From Campylobacterales bacterium (GTDB lineage Bacteria; Campylobacterota; Campylobacteria; Campylobacterales; Sulfurimonadaceae), in NCBI GenBank assembly GCA_024280035.1, contig JAJRQV010000073.1, forward strand, positions 1,316 to 65,315: a stretch of DNA of 64,000 bases, in the 5' to 3' direction. The position numbers were made by a program, and so were the translations under genes. This document shows positions 63,176 to 64,000 of the stretch, in pieces. The notes beneath the pieces were generated by a model, which had not been told where the DNA came from, ran no database searches, and saw only the letters and a list, made by a program, of their open reading frames with translations. Every line of letters begins with the position of its first letter. The stretch's first letter is position 1.

Positions 63176-63193
63176 TGATAGTCTCCTTTGCTA

Positions 63194-63367
63194 CTAACCA
63201 AACACTTTATTGAAAAAACCTTTTATTTCAGCTATTCCTTGTTGACTTAGCTCATACTGGTCTTTTCTTATACATTGCTTACACCACCCTAGGTACTTTT
63301 CATAATGAGAATTACCGGTTTTAAGGAGTACATCTCCTTTGTTATTACATTGTTGACAAGTTGCCAT
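63194..63367 (-). CDS. small C4 zinc-ribbon protein (57 aa)
   Basis: MATCQQCNNKGDVLLKTGNSHYEKYLGWCKQCIRK...; CxxC...CxxC; not in the ORF track. Confidence 0.35.
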   Translation of the reverse strand: MATCQQCNNKGDVLLKTGNSHYEKYLGWCKQCIRKDQYELSQQGIAEIKGFFNKVFG

Positions 63368-63380
63368 TGTAGTTTCCTTA

Positions 63381-63524
63381 TTAGTTATTTGATTTATTTA
63401 CTTTATTTTGACAGTCTTTACAAATACCATTATGATTATCTGATCTTGTTGTATTGTGGTGATATTGGGATAATGGTTTGGATATACCACATTTTTGACA
63501 TACTTTTGTTGTTGCAGCAGGCAT
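63381..63524 (-). CDS. small C4 zinc-ribbon protein (47 aa), paralogue of the preceding gene
   Basis: MPAATTKVCQKCGISKPLSQYHHNTTRSDNHNGICKDCQNKVNKSNN; AGGAGA RBS at 63531-63536 (plus-strand gtctcc). Confidence 0.35.
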   Translation of the reverse strand: MPAATTKVCQKCGISKPLSQYHHNTTRSDNHNGICKDCQNKVNKSNN

Positions 63525-63619
63525 ATTTCGGTCTCCTTATTTGAATTTACCAATCTTAAATGAATAAAATAGGCATATTCAAATTTCCAGACAATGTGGC
63601 AACTTGGATATAACGTTTT

Positions 63620-63880
63620 AGGTAACGGCGAAGCTGAGCTCCATTAATTTATAGTTCAGAAAACTCGCTTGCGATTTTCTGGAGTATAACTTAATGTGGG
63701 ACTCCTGTTTTTTGTTGTATGTAGCGAAGCGAAATACGACAAAAGGCAGGTGGCACGTTTAGTGCTCAGCTTCGCCGTTGTACGTTCTCGCTCCGCGGGA
63801 ACGCACAGCGTTTGAGGAGAGCAATAGTTTTCCCGCTAGGGTAAACTATTGGCTCCTGCGAGACTGTGAAAAAATCCAGT
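63620..63880. ncRNA. GC-rich highly structured element of unknown identity (candidate structured ncRNA, retron-like msr/msd, or recombination site)
   Basis: Perfect 15-bp inverted repeat ACGGCGAAGCTGAGC (63624-63638) / GCTCAGCTTCGCCGT (63764-63778). Nested hairpins CTCCA..CAGAAAA..TCGCttGCGA..TTTTCTG..TGGAG and CGTTCTCGCtccGCGGGAACG. Long stem GGAGAGCAATAGTTT / AAACTATTGGCTCC. Contains repeat copy C (63744-63769). Confidence 0.3.
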
Positions 63881-64000
63881 ATCATACTCTCAATAACTTC
63901 TAAAAACCATCAATTATCAAGCCAATTTCTTCGGAAATTGTATCATAAAAATATATTGTAAAAAATTGAGCATATAAAGTCTAAAACTGGCGATATAAAG

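Overview
This is an AT-rich chromosomal segment with conserved Campylobacterota (epsilonproteobacterial) synteny, read from sequence alone. It runs rplU(3' end)-rpmA-obg-proB-fmt-birA-parA-parB, then the atpF'-atpF-atpH-atpA-atpG-atpD-atpC operon, then the tolQ-tolR-tolA-tolB ... pal-cpoB Tol-Pal cluster, then slyD-fabD-mtnN. Further on are rpmH-rnpA-yidD-yidC-jag-mnmE-ruvX, an olsF-like lipid acyltransferase gene, an MMPL/RND exporter operon with a TetR regulator, a PAS-GGDEF sensor, greA, two toxin-antitoxin pairs and a decayed recombinase fragment. The window ends with a heme-copper-oxidase (NO-reductase-like) operon under an Rrf2 regulator, purL, and a GC-rich structured element. The most striking signal is a very high density of broken reading frames in otherwise conserved genes. 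Five have in-frame TAA/TAG stops (atpF, a C-N hydrolase, a secreted protein, rnpA, the olsF-like gene) and two have homopolymer frameshifts (cpoB/ybgF and mutY). A disrupted mutY together with nonsense codons of the type produced by G:C->T:A transversion suggests a mutator lineage, although sequencing or assembly error explains the same data. Relative to the C. jejuni gene order as I recall it, there are lineage-specific insertions: an ~8 kb block between tolB and pal (CheY-like REC, a membrane REC-HPt protein, a hemF-like gene, a DTW gene, a B12-radical SAM gene, chorismate mutase, and a membrane protein with a vWA lipoprotein), plus single genes before slyD, before fabD and before mtnN. Several repeat families and palindromes are present. 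I recognised no CRISPR array, rRNA or tRNA.
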